DNA of 64,000 nucleotides from Candidatus Spongiisociaceae bacterium (GTDB lineage Bacteria > Actinomycetota > Acidimicrobiia > Spongiisociales > Spongiisociaceae), in the NCBI GenBank assembly GCA_965219685.1, contig CBDCOH010000002.1:864001-928000 (forward strand). Reading direction: 5' to 3'. The notes beneath the pieces were generated by a model. That model worked only from the letters and a program-made list of their open reading frames with translations. It was not told the origin of the DNA and searched no databases. The position numbers and the translations under genes were made by a program. Positions 29,545 through 39,595 of this stretch are shown piece by piece; the stretch's first letter is position 1, and each line of letters begins with the position of its first letter.

Positions 29545-30446
29545 CTGTCCCTCCGGGGTGCAGCCAGGAACTCCCGATCGGAGGGCCAGTTGGGCTGCAC
29601 CAGGTGCCACTGGGTGGGTGCCTCCCGGATGAGTTGCTCGAAGCGGCGGGCCAGTTCCTGGGTCATCACCTGCGCCCTCCGGCGGGTCCCCACGGGAGGG
29701 ACCTCGACGGGCGGGAGCAGCACCATCCGGTGACCCGCTCCGGATTTGAAGTAGGAGGCACCCGGCAGCAGCACCGCGCCGGTTCTCAGGGCGAGGACCG
29801 CGGGACCTGCCGGCAATGAGGTACGCTCGCCGAAGAACTCCACTTCGATACCCTTCCCCCCGATGTTGCGGTCGGCGACCAACGCGACCAGACGCCCTTC
29901 CCGCAGGGCGGCCAGCAACGCCCGCATCGTCGCGGATCCCTCGGCCAGCACCACCTGGATCGAGAGCTGGGCGCGCATGGCTGTGAACCAGGTGGCGAGG
30001 CGACGGTTGGCGAGCGCTTCGGCGACCGCCGTGATGCGCACCCCCTCATCCACCGACAGAGTGCCCGCCATCTCCCAGTTTCCGATGTGCGGCAGCGCCA
30101 CGATCATCGGGCGGTTCTCGGCCTGGGCGGCTCTCACGTGTTCAGACCCGACCAGCGTGACGCGTTTGCGGACCTGCTCGAAGCGGCGGGGGCGGAACCA
30201 GAGCGTCTCGGCCCAGTAGCGCCCGTACGCGCTGAACATCTCCCTGGCGTCCCGCCGGACGGTTCCGGCGCCCCTCTCCCCGCGGAGCCGTCCCATGTGC
30301 CGGAGGGCCATCGACTTGCGGTCCCTGGCCCACCACCAGGCCAGCCATCCGGCGCCGCGGCCCAGCCGACGGATCACAGGCTCGGGTAGGACGCTGATCA
30401 GGCCGGCGCCGGTCCGGTATGCGAGGTACGTTAAGCCGTCACTCAC
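29541..30446 (-). CDS. patA: Phosphatidylinositol mannoside acyltransferase
   Basis: YGRYWAE, LPHIGNWE, LVADR, PTQWH...WPSD. Confidence 0.88.
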   Translation of the reverse strand: MSDGLTYLAYRTGAGLISVLPEPVIRRLGRGAGWLAWWWARDRKSMALRHMGRLRGERGAGTVRRDAREMFSAYGRYWAETLWFRPRRFEQVRKRVTLVGSEHVRAAQAENRPMIVALPHIGNWEMAGTLSVDEGVRITAVAEALANRRLATWFTAMRAQLSIQVVLAEGSATMRALLAALREGRLVALVADRNIGGKGIEVEFFGERTSLPAGPAVLALRTGAVLLPGASYFKSGAGHRMVLLPPVEVPPVGTRRRAQVMTQELARRFEQLIREAPTQWHLVQPNWPSDREFLAAPRRDR

Positions 30447-31056
30447 TCGTCAGTTGGCGCCACGTCTTGAAGAACCGCTGGAAGACGGTCAGCCACGTGA
30501 GCGTGGCCATGAGCCACAACATCACCGTTACCTGGTTTAGCAGGAACCCGACGGTGAAGAGGATGACCCGCTCGGCGCGGCCCATGATGCCGCCGCGTCC
30601 CTCGACACCACCGATGTCCGCCTTGGCCCTCAGGTACGAGATCACGATCGAGGCTCCCAGGCTCAACACGCAAAGCACGACCAGGGCGGGATCCCCCTCG
30701 GCGGGCGACTGCCGCGAGGCGAGCCAGAAGGCGCAGGCGGCGAACATGGAGGTCTCACCCAGCCGGTCCGAGACAGAGTCGATCAGAGCGCCACGAGCCG
30801 ACGCGGAGCCGGACGCCCTGGCCACGGCGCCATCGAGCCCGTCGAGCGCAGAGCCCACCAGGATGACCAGCGCGCCACGGGTCACGTCGCCATTGGCAAG
30901 CATTGAGGAGCCGAGGAGGGTGACCGCCAGACCGGTGAGGGTCAGGTGCGTGGGCTGCACCTTCATCCAGGCCAGACCCCGCCCGATGGGCGCTACCACC
31001 TTCTCGACGTGCTGCCGGGTCCAAAGTTCGATCAAATGCGCTCCTTCCCCCGGCAA
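30439..31056 (-). CDS. pgsA: Phosphatidylinositol phosphate synthase (CDP-alcohol phosphotransferase)
   Basis: DGLDGAVAR...GALIDSVSDR; SYLRAKA; synteny. The true start may be about 20 nt downstream. Confidence 0.88.
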   Translation of the reverse strand: MPGEGAHLIELWTRQHVEKVVAPIGRGLAWMKVQPTHLTLTGLAVTLLGSSMLANGDVTRGALVILVGSALDGLDGAVARASGSASARGALIDSVSDRLGETSMFAACAFWLASRQSPAEGDPALVVLCVLSLGASIVISYLRAKADIGGVEGRGGIMGRAERVILFTVGFLLNQVTVMLWLMATLTWLTVFQRFFKTWRQLTSE

Positions 31057-31123
31057 AGTTACTACAGACTCCTACCGTCACACGATCACCTACACTCGGG
31101 CGACCGAGAGGAGGCTCCGGAGG

Positions 31124-33172
31124 ATGGGACCCGAGAGAATTCGCAACGTGGGCTTGTTCGGCCACGGCGGGGCAGGCAAGACCGCCGTGGCCGAGGCACT
31201 GCTGTTCAATGCCGGCAAGATCACCCGCATCGGCACCGTGGAGGCCGGCAACACGGTGATGGACCACGAACCCGAGGAGATCGACCGCCAGAATTCCCTC
31301 GGGCTCGGGATCGCGTCCTTCGAGCACAACGGGTTCCGGGTCAACCTGATCGACACGCCCGGGTATGCGGACTTCGTAGGCGACGCGCTCGCCGGGCTGC
31401 GGGCGGTCGATCTGGCGATCTTCGTGGTCTCCGCGGTGGACGGCGTGGAGGTGCAGACCGAGATCCTCTGGGAGGCAGCCCGCCGGGAGGGTATCGCCAG
31501 GGCGGTGTTCGTGAACAAGCTGGACCGGGACCGAGCCTCCTTCTCGCGGACCGTCGACCAGCTGACCGAGATCTTCGGCAAGCGGATCGCCCCGGTGCAG
31601 ATACCGATCGGCGAGGAGCAGGAGCTGAGGGGAATCGTTCGGCTCGTGTCCGGCCAGGCCTTCGGTTACGCCGGCAACGGGACGGGGGGGTCTCCCATCG
31701 ACCTTCCCGCCGAGGTCGGGGAACTCTTCGAGGAGACCCGCCTGGCCCTGGTCGAGACGGTGGTCGAGACCGACGACGACCTGCTGGAGGCGTACTTCGA
31801 GGGTGAAGAACCAGAACCCGCCAAGATGGTCGAGGTCATCCACGACGGGATGGTCGCCGGGGAGATGTTCCCGGTCCTGGCGGGATCGGCCGGCGCTCTC
31901 GTGGGTATCGACACGCTGGCGGAGTTCGTCGTCGACTTCGCTCCCTCCCCTCTTGAGCGACCCATGCCGGCCACAGCGGCCGGTGACCTCTCCGCGGATG
32001 CGGACGGGCCCGTGGCTGCCTACGTATTCAAGACATCCGGAGATCAGTACGTGGGACGTGTCAACACCTTCAGGGTCTTCTCAGGTTCGTTTACGCCCGA
32101 CACGGTGGTGGAGAAGGCCGACGGGTCGAAGTTGAAGATGGCGAACCTGTTCTCCATGCAGGGCAAGGAACACTCCCCGCTGGATTCGGTGACCACCGGG
32201 TCGATCGCCTCGGTGGCGAAGCTGGATGCGCTGCGGCTCGGCGACACGGTTCGCTCGGTCGGCAGCAGCGTGGAGATAGTCCCGGTCGAGGTTCCCCGAC
32301 CGGTTCACGAGGTGACGGTCTCGCCCCGGTCGACGCAGGACGAGGACAAGCTGTCGACGGCTCTCGCACGCGCCCAGGAGGAGGATCCCACCATCCTCGT
32401 GGATCGCAGGGCCGAGACCAAGGAGACGGTGCTGGCCGGCCTCGGCGAGGCGCATGTCGGGGTCACCCTGGCGCGGGTCTCGCGCCGCTTCGGGGTGGAC
32501 CTGGACATCGGCGTGCCTCGTATCCCCTATCGCGAGACCATCCAGGGGCGGGCGGACGTCGAGGGCAAGCACAAGAAGCAGTCGGGTGGGCGCGGCCAGT
32601 TCGGTGTCGCCTACGTCAAGTTCGAGCCCAACGTCCGTGGGGAGGGGTACGAGTTCGTGGACCAGATCAAGGGAGGCTCCATTCCCCGCAACCTGATACC
32701 CGCCGTCGACAAGGGCATCCGCCAGGCCCTGGAACGGGGAATCCTGGCCGGTTACCCGGCGATAGACATCCGCGCCACCGTTTACGACGGGAAGTTCCAC
32801 TCGGTCGACTCCGACGAGTTGAGCTTCCGCATGGCGGGGATCATGGCGGTGCGGGCCGCCGCGCCCCAGTTGCGCGCCACCATCCTCGAGCCGATCGCGG
32901 TGGTCAACGTGCGTGTGCCGGAGGACTACATGGGCGATGTCCTGGGTGATATCAACGCCAAGCGGGGGCGGATCCTGGGGATGGACGCCGATGGCCGGAG
33001 CCGGGTACTGACCGCCGAGGTGCCGATGGCGGAGATGCAGCGTTACTCTGTCGACCTGAGATCGATGACGGGAGGGCGTGGATCGTTCGAGATCGAGTTC
33101 TCGCATTACGAACCGGCACCCCCCCAAGAGGTGCAGAAGGTCGTTGCGGCTGCCAAGTCGGACGACGACTAA
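31124..33172 (+). CDS. fusA2: Elongation factor G-like protein (EF-G2)
   Basis: GHGGAGKT, DTPGYADF, NKLD, KKQSGGRGQF, HSVDS. Confidence 0.9.
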   Translation: MGPERIRNVGLFGHGGAGKTAVAEALLFNAGKITRIGTVEAGNTVMDHEPEEIDRQNSLGLGIASFEHNGFRVNLIDTPGYADFVGDALAGLRAVDLAIFVVSAVDGVEVQTEILWEAARREGIARAVFVNKLDRDRASFSRTVDQLTEIFGKRIAPVQIPIGEEQELRGIVRLVSGQAFGYAGNGTGGSPIDLPAEVGELFEETRLALVETVVETDDDLLEAYFEGEEPEPAKMVEVIHDGMVAGEMFPVLAGSAGALVGIDTLAEFVVDFAPSPLERPMPATAAGDLSADADGPVAAYVFKTSGDQYVGRVNTFRVFSGSFTPDTVVEKADGSKLKMANLFSMQGKEHSPLDSVTTGSIASVAKLDALRLGDTVRSVGSSVEIVPVEVPRPVHEVTVSPRSTQDEDKLSTALARAQEEDPTILVDRRAETKETVLAGLGEAHVGVTLARVSRRFGVDLDIGVPRIPYRETIQGRADVEGKHKKQSGGRGQFGVAYVKFEPNVRGEGYEFVDQIKGGSIPRNLIPAVDKGIRQALERGILAGYPAIDIRATVYDGKFHSVDSDELSFRMAGIMAVRAAAPQLRATILEPIAVVNVRVPEDYMGDVLGDINAKRGRILGMDADGRSRVLTAEVPMAEMQRYSVDLRSMTGGRGSFEIEFSHYEPAPPQEVQKVVAAAKSDDD

Positions 33173-33198
33173 TCGAGTAGGAGGGTTGCCCGAAACTG

Positions 33199-34479
33199 AT
33201 GGATAGAGCGACGATCCAGGCCGACGACGGGGATCTCATCGACCTTCCGGTCGTCACCGGAACCGAAGGGGAGCGAGCCCTCGACATAGCACGGCTGCGC
33301 GGGACCACCGGACTGGTGACGCTGGATCCCGGATACGGGAACACCGCCGAGGCCACCAGCGCCATAACCTACATCAACGGAGAGGAGGGCATCCTTCGCT
33401 ACCGCGGCTACCCGGTGGACCAACTGGTGCGGGAGTCCTCGTTCCTGGAGGTCTGCTACCTGCTCGACCACGGCGAGTTGCCCTCGCGCACGGAGTTTGA
33501 CGCGTACGAGAGGGACATCCGCGGGCTGGCGGATCTGCCGTCGGGGATCGTCGAGGTGATCGGATCGTTCCCCGTCGATAGCCACCCGATGCAGAGGCTG
33601 GCATCCGCCATGGCGTTGCTGGGTTCCTACTTCCCGGTGGGCAGCGACCCCCTCGACTCGGAGGCAAACCAGTCGAGCATCGTCCGGCTGATCGCCGCGA
33701 TGCCGGCGCTCACCGCCTGGTCGTTCCGGAGCAGCCGGGGTATGCCGTATGTCGAGTCATGCCCCGAGCTGGGTTATAGCGCCAACTTCCTCAACATGAT
33801 GTTCGGACCGGAGGGTGAGGGGTTCGAGATCCTCGAGCCCCATATCCGGGCGATGGAGGCGTTGCTGCTCCTCCACGCCGACCATGGCCAGAACCTCTCC
33901 ACCTCCGCGGTCCGACTCGTCGGGTCCAGCCGCGCCGGCCTCTACTCAGCGATATCGGCGGGGATCCTCGCCCTGTCCGGCTCGCTTCACGGAGGAGCCA
34001 ACCAGAGGGTCATCGAGATGCTCGAGGACATCCGGGCCGCCGGCGGTGACACCCGTCTGTTCCTGGAGAGGGCCAAGGACCGGAGCGACCCCTTCCGCCT
34101 CATGGGATTCGGCCATCGCGTGTACCGGAACTTCGATCCCCGGGCGCAGTTGATCAAGGAGCATGCCAGAGGGTTGGTCGAGGAGCAGGGGAACCCCCTG
34201 CTGGAGATCGCGATGAGGCTGGAAGCCGAGGCGCTGGCGGATGACTTCTTCCTGGAGCGGAGGATCTACCCCAACGTCGACTTCTACTCGGGCATCATCT
34301 ACCGGGCCATCGGCTTTCACAGTGAGATGTTCACCGCCCTGTTCGCCCTCGGTCGGCTACCCGGCTGGTTGGCCCAGTGGAGGGAGATGATCGAGGACCC
34401 GAAGGCAAAGATAAAACGGCCGAGATCCATCTACACGGGCTACGCGAGTCGGGACTACGTACCGGTGGCGGATCGCTGA
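33199..34479 (+). CDS. gltA: Citrate synthase
   Basis: LRYRGY, HADH, HGGAN, GFGHRVY, YPNVDFYSG. Confidence 0.95.
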   Translation: MDRATIQADDGDLIDLPVVTGTEGERALDIARLRGTTGLVTLDPGYGNTAEATSAITYINGEEGILRYRGYPVDQLVRESSFLEVCYLLDHGELPSRTEFDAYERDIRGLADLPSGIVEVIGSFPVDSHPMQRLASAMALLGSYFPVGSDPLDSEANQSSIVRLIAAMPALTAWSFRSSRGMPYVESCPELGYSANFLNMMFGPEGEGFEILEPHIRAMEALLLLHADHGQNLSTSAVRLVGSSRAGLYSAISAGILALSGSLHGGANQRVIEMLEDIRAAGGDTRLFLERAKDRSDPFRLMGFGHRVYRNFDPRAQLIKEHARGLVEEQGNPLLEIAMRLEAEALADDFFLERRIYPNVDFYSGIIYRAIGFHSEMFTALFALGRLPGWLAQWREMIEDPKAKIKRPRSIYTGYASRDYVPVADR

Positions 34480-34958
34480 TGGACGGGATCCGGATCCCGG
34501 AGGAGGTGGCGAAGGCCGAAGGCGTGCCCGAGGATCTGGATTCCGGCGTGCTGGGACCCTACCGTTTCCCCTCGCCGGTCCGCCGGCGAACCGCGGCGCT
34601 CGTCTACGTGGCCGGAGCCGTTCTGAGCGCGCTCGGCGCTCTGGCCGGGCTTCCCTCCGGGCTCTGGGCGATCTCGGCGGCGTTCCTCGTGGTGGCCTTC
34701 CTGCATGACCGTGCCGCCTGGCCGCTGGCGATCGAGCAGGAGGACGCGCTGACCACCGCTGCCGCCCAGGTTCCGTTCGCGGTCGGTCACGCGTCCGCCG
34801 CCCTCGGGTTCGTGGGTATGCGATCCCGCCCGGTGTGGAACGTGATCGTCTACTCGGTGGAGGAACCGCCCGCCCGGCGGGCGCTGGTACGTCTCGATGC
34901 CACGACCGGGACGAGACTCGACAGTCCCTACGTGGAGGAGATCGAACCGCCCGACTGA
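34479..34958 (+). CDS. Conserved hypothetical membrane protein
   Basis: TGATG coupling to gltA; PEDLD...GPYRFP, two TM helices, VGHASA, RPVW. Confidence 0.75.
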   Translation: MDGIRIPEEVAKAEGVPEDLDSGVLGPYRFPSPVRRRTAALVYVAGAVLSALGALAGLPSGLWAISAAFLVVAFLHDRAAWPLAIEQEDALTTAAAQVPFAVGHASAALGFVGMRSRPVWNVIVYSVEEPPARRALVRLDATTGTRLDSPYVEEIEPPD

Positions 34959-35317
34959 GCCGGGGCTGTCGGACACGGGGGTGCGAAACGCGCGCCCCGC
35001 GAAAACGCGCTCGTCGGCTCGACCCCTTCGGGCCCTCCCCCACGGCCACCACCAAGGGTCGGATCCACAGCCGGGCGTCGCTACCTTGCCGGCCCGAAGG
35101 GCCGGAAGCCCGCCCGGTTCTTCCCGTGTCGTCGGCTGTCCGACCGGGTTCGACCTCGGGGACGCCGGGGTCCGATGATGATCGACGCATCCGGAGCTGC
35201 GGCGATGTATGTGCTCACGGCATCATTGATTGTGCAGCGGGGCTGTGACAAACGGCCACCACCCGCCGCAAGGTCGGAACCCGGTCCGGAGAATCCCGGG
35301 CCGTACGGTGGTCGGGA

Positions 35318-37252
35318 TCAGTGCGGCGGCCGGGCAGCCGAGGAGAGCTCTCCCAGCACCTCATCCAGCGGAACTCCCCGGCGGTCGCGTTTGGCTCCCC
35401 GGAGCCGTAGGCCGACCGTTCCGGAGTCGACGTCGTCGTCTCCGACCACCAGCACGGCAGGCACCTTCCGGGTTATCGCCCGGCGGACTTTCTCCCCGAG
35501 CTTGCCGGGTCCGGTCTCCCGTTCGACCCGCAGTCCCAGGTTCCTCAACGACTCCGCAACCCTGGTCGCGTAGGGTTCGTGGCGGTCGGCCACCGGTATC
35601 ACCACCGCCTGGACCGGCGAGAGCCACATCGGGAATGCACCGGCGTAGTGCTCGATCAGGACCCCCAGGAACCTCTCCACGGATCCGAACTTGGCGGAGT
35701 GGATCATCGCCGGGCGCTCGCGCGTGTCCCCCCGGGTGACGTACTCGAGGCCGAAGCGTTCCGGCAGGGAGAAATCCACCTGGATCGTGGACATCTGCCA
35801 GCGGCGCCCGATCGCGTCGCGGACGTGAACATCGATCTTGGGACCGTAGAAGGCGCCCTCCCCCTCGGCGACGGTGTGCGGAACGCCGACCGAGACGAGG
35901 GCGTCTCCGAGGGCCCGTTCGGCCAGTTCCCACAGGCCCAGGTCGCCGACCCACTTGTCCTCGGGCCGGGTGGCCAGTTCTGCCTCGAACTCCTCGAAGC
36001 CGAAGTCCCGCAGCAACTGGAGCACGAAGTCCAGGTGCAGCAGGAGCTCCGACGGCAGCTGCTCGTGTGTGCAGAAGGTGTGGGAGTCGTCCTGGGTGAA
36101 GCCGCGCGCCCGCAGCAGGCCGTGGACGACGCCCGACCGTTCGTAACGGTAGACGGCCCCCAACTCGGAGAGCCGCATCGGCAGTTCGCGGTACGAACGG
36201 GCCGAGGACCGGTAGATCAGGACGTGGAAGGGGCAGTTCATGGGTTTGACGCGGTACTCGTCGTGGCCGTCCATCTCCATCCCCGGGTACATGTTCTCCG
36301 CGTAGAACTCGAGATGGCCGGAGGTGTTCCAAAGTTCGGCTCTGGCCAGGTGGGGCGAGTTGACGAAGTCGAAGCCGAAGGCCTCGTGGACCCGACGGCT
36401 GTAGTCCTCGACCTGGCGGCGCAGCATCCCGCCGTTCGGGTGCCACACGGCCAGACCCGGTCCGAGGTCCTCGGGGAAGGAGAACAGGTCCAGTTCGCGT
36501 CCCAGCCGCCGGTGGTCACGCCGGGCCGCCTCCTCGATCCGGTGCAGGTAGGTCCTCAGGGCCTTCGCCGACTCCCATGCCGTGCCGTAGATGCGCTGGA
36601 GCTGGGGCCGATGCGCGTCGCCCCGCCAGTACGCGCCCGCCGTCCTCGTCAACTTGAACGCCTTCAGCCGGCCGGTGGACGGCAGGTGCGGGCCCCGGCA
36701 GAGGTCCACGAAGTCATCGTTGCGGTATACCGAGACCGCATCGGCGGACTCGACCTCGGACTCGTCCACGGACAGGATGATCTCGGTCTTGAAAGGATGG
36801 TCACGGAACAGTTCGAGGCCGGCCTCGACCGACAGTTCCTCCCGCACGAATGGCTGGTCGGCGCCGACTATCCGGTGCATCTCGGCTTCGATCCGCTCCA
36901 TGTCCTCGGGGGTGAACGGCCGGCCGATGTCGAAGTCGTAGTAGAAGCCGTCGGTTATGGAGGGCCCGATCGCGAAGGTGGAACCATCGAACAGCCGCAG
37001 CACCGCCTGCGCCAGGATGTGAGCGGCCGAGTGGCGCATGACCGCTCTCCCCTCCTCGGAGGAGTCGGTGATGACCGCGAACCGCCCCCCTCCCTCCAGC
37101 GGGCGGTCCAGATCCATCGATACACCTTCCACGGAGACGGCCACGGCCGCCTTCGCCAGCCGCCGACCGATCGACTCGGCGACCTGGCGCCCGGTTGTAC
37201 CGCGTTCGTGAAGGGATGTGGTGTTGTCGGGGAGGATCAACTCGATCATCAA
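35318..37252 (-). CDS. thrS: Threonine--tRNA ligase
   Basis: RHSAAH, DLCRGPH, KPMNCP, FYGPKID, GSVERF. Confidence 0.98.
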   Translation of the reverse strand: MMIELILPDNTTSLHERGTTGRQVAESIGRRLAKAAVAVSVEGVSMDLDRPLEGGGRFAVITDSSEEGRAVMRHSAAHILAQAVLRLFDGSTFAIGPSITDGFYYDFDIGRPFTPEDMERIEAEMHRIVGADQPFVREELSVEAGLELFRDHPFKTEIILSVDESEVESADAVSVYRNDDFVDLCRGPHLPSTGRLKAFKLTRTAGAYWRGDAHRPQLQRIYGTAWESAKALRTYLHRIEEAARRDHRRLGRELDLFSFPEDLGPGLAVWHPNGGMLRRQVEDYSRRVHEAFGFDFVNSPHLARAELWNTSGHLEFYAENMYPGMEMDGHDEYRVKPMNCPFHVLIYRSSARSYRELPMRLSELGAVYRYERSGVVHGLLRARGFTQDDSHTFCTHEQLPSELLLHLDFVLQLLRDFGFEEFEAELATRPEDKWVGDLGLWELAERALGDALVSVGVPHTVAEGEGAFYGPKIDVHVRDAIGRRWQMSTIQVDFSLPERFGLEYVTRGDTRERPAMIHSAKFGSVERFLGVLIEHYAGAFPMWLSPVQAVVIPVADRHEPYATRVAESLRNLGLRVERETGPGKLGEKVRRAITRKVPAVLVVGDDDVDSGTVGLRLRGAKRDRRGVPLDEVLGELSSAARPPH

Positions 37253-37415
37253 CGTGGACTCTGGTCGAGGATGACCCCAATCGTAATCGCTCTCCGTTCT
37301 CCGTCAGTCAGCCGGCGTCCCTACCGAGTCCCCGCGGAAGGGCGGTCGCCGCTCCCGTCCCAGGGCCGCCGGGCGAACGTGGCCGGTTGCCGGACTCGGG
37401 TAGCCGGTCCGTGGT

Positions 37416-38306
37416 TCAGGGGCCAGCGGTCCAGCGGTAGGCGCGATCGGTGTGCTCGGTTACGAAACCCAGGGTCCGGTACAGCTGTATTGCTGCCTCG
37501 TTGGATGAGTCCACGTACAGAATGGCCCGGGTCGCGCCGCGGCGCCTGGCCAGGTACCGGAGCCCGTCGGAGGCCACGGCTCGGCCCAGACCGCGTCCCT
37601 GCACTGCAGGACTGACCGCTATTGCGTAGATCTCGCCCACCTTGTCCCCTTGCGAGGTCGCCTCGGGATGCAGTTTGGTCCAGTTGAACGCCACCATCCG
37701 ATCGGCCACCCAGGCCGTGCGGATGCCGGAGGGATCGAACCACGGCAGGGCCATCCGCTGTTCCAGATCCCGGGAAGTCCATCCCCCCTGTTCCGGGTGC
37801 CCGGCGAAGGCCAGGTTGTTCAGTTCGATGAGGGCGCCACGGTCACGTTCCGGATCGAAACCTCTGAGCAGCACGCCGTCGGGCGGGTCCGGGTCGAGTG
37901 CCACGGGCAGGTCCGCGGCCATGCGATGCAGGAGTCGCTCGGGCTTGACGAGGGCGGGTGGGGGCTCGACACAGGCCGAGTGGACCCAGAGCACGACCTC
38001 GCCGACTCCCCGGGCCGCCAGGAGGTCCAGGACCTTCCCCAGGAACCGACCGTAGTCCTCCGAACCGGCCGCTACCTCGAGTGTCCAGGTGCGGCGGTCG
38101 GGGTTGGGAACCGTGAAGCCGTACGCCGCCAACTCCCCTTCCCGCTCGCCCGCCACCCCGATGCCCGGGCCGTCCGGTTGTGCCATGGCCGACAGCAGTA
38201 CCTCGCCGAACGGCGGAACTCCCTGCAGGCCCTCCAGGCAGCCGATCAGGCGCCCGAGGTCGGGTCGCAGTTCCTGCGGCGCAGCGAAACGCAGTTCCAT
38301 GGGCAA
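37416..38306 (-). CDS. mshD: Mycothiol synthase (tandem GNAT)
   Basis: NNLAFAGHPEQGGW, WFDPSG, WTKLH, GEIY, LYVDSSN. Confidence 0.85.
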   Translation of the reverse strand: MPMELRFAAPQELRPDLGRLIGCLEGLQGVPPFGEVLLSAMAQPDGPGIGVAGEREGELAAYGFTVPNPDRRTWTLEVAAGSEDYGRFLGKVLDLLAARGVGEVVLWVHSACVEPPPALVKPERLLHRMAADLPVALDPDPPDGVLLRGFDPERDRGALIELNNLAFAGHPEQGGWTSRDLEQRMALPWFDPSGIRTAWVADRMVAFNWTKLHPEATSQGDKVGEIYAIAVSPAVQGRGLGRAVASDGLRYLARRRGATRAILYVDSSNEAAIQLYRTLGFVTEHTDRAYRWTAGP

Positions 38307-38471
38307 AAGGGTACGCGAGCCGCCTCCCCGGCGAGTTCCGGACGACCCGCGCGGCGGCGTAGAGGGAGGGTCGACGATGGCGTTGGGGGCGTCCGCGCCT
38401 CGAAAGGTCCGTGATGGAGGGCCGTGCGGTCACTATCCTCGGTAGTCGACCGGAGACATGAGGGGCTTGGA

Positions 38472-39407
38472 GTGGCAGGCTCGGATCAAGACTTTCCCCA
38501 AGGCGAGGAATCCCGACCGGCAGGCAGCCGTCGTTCCTTCTTGCGCAGGGCGGAGCCGACCCCCGTGACCGAAGCCATGGTCACGCCCCGTACCCGTCCG
38601 GCAGAGTCCGAGGGGCGGCCGCCCATGACCATCCGTTTCTGCCACTCCTGCGGTACGCGCACGGAGCCCGGTAGCTCTTACTGCCTCGCCTGCGGCGTTC
38701 GTTTCGGGGCCCCGGTCCGCGCCGGTGAGGCCACGCCAGCCCGTCCGGAGCACACCGCCCGAGCGCGGGCCGGCGATCCGCCGGTCGCGGGCGTCAGCGA
38801 ACCGCCCTCCCCCGGTTGGGACGGACAGGATGGCGTGGAGGATTTGGCCCAGTCCGGATCGAACACCCAGCGGGTGCTTCGATCAGCGCTCATCAGCATC
38901 CTGGTCGTCGCGGTTCTGGTAGTCGGGTACGGAACCCTGCGCAGCGGGGAAGAGCCGGCTCCGGCAGCGACCGAGGAGACGTCGCCCACCACAACCGAGC
39001 CTGACGCCGACTTGGAGTTCAGAGCGTATGCCGACCTGGTCGGGGTGCTCGGCGACGACGTGGCCGACCTTAGAGTGAGCGGTCGCCAGATCAACGACGA
39101 CTGGGACGGTCGGATCGCCGACTACGACACGACAGTCGGCCGCATGTCCTCGCTGATCTCGAGAGCGGGCCTTCTCCCCATCCGGTTCAACGGCTTCACC
39201 CGTCCCGCGGACGCCGATAGGTTGACCCACGAGCGCATGGCCGAGTCGCTGGAGACGCTGGTCTCGGCGGCGGAGGGCATGATGGCCGGTCTGGAGTCCA
39301 CGGACACGGGAGAGATACGCCTTGCGCAACTCGCTCGATTCGAGGCGGCCGCGGCGGAGTTCGGGTCGCTGGCGGACGAGGTCGAGCGCGCCACCGGCTC
39401 GCGTTAG
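38472..39407 (+). CDS. Zinc-ribbon, single-TM hypothetical protein
   Basis: FCHSCG...YCLACG, TM helix, helical extracellular domain; start uncertain. Confidence 0.7.
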   Translation: MAGSDQDFPQGEESRPAGSRRSFLRRAEPTPVTEAMVTPRTRPAESEGRPPMTIRFCHSCGTRTEPGSSYCLACGVRFGAPVRAGEATPARPEHTARARAGDPPVAGVSEPPSPGWDGQDGVEDLAQSGSNTQRVLRSALISILVVAVLVVGYGTLRSGEEPAPAATEETSPTTTEPDADLEFRAYADLVGVLGDDVADLRVSGRQINDDWDGRIADYDTTVGRMSSLISRAGLLPIRFNGFTRPADADRLTHERMAESLETLVSAAEGMMAGLESTDTGEIRLAQLARFEAAAAEFGSLADEVERATGSR

Positions 39408-39595
39408 ACGAGTAGTTCCGGGCTATCCGGCTGAAGGATCACACTTGATCGTCCGTACGACGATGGACACCGCACCGTGACTGGAGCACGTCGGTCCCTC
39501 CTTCCGCTGGTCCCCCGTCGTCTGTTTTGTGAGGCCCCCTCGGAGCGACCGGACGCTCGGAGGGTGGCTCCGGAGGTTGCGGGCGGCAGCCCGGA

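Noticed and set aside
30419-31123. 917-aa EF-G with N-terminal extension
   Set aside because: The extension is antisense to pgsA; the real start is ATG 31124 after a GAGGAGG SD.
37253-37415. T-box leader for thrS
   Set aside because: No T-box consensus or terminator visible.
35579-37615. Long antisense or alternate-frame ORFs (e.g. 35579-37615, 4770-6149, 28318-29733, 49331-50917, 56366-57769)
   Set aside because: They are shadows of well-supported genes, expected at high GC, and have no motifs.
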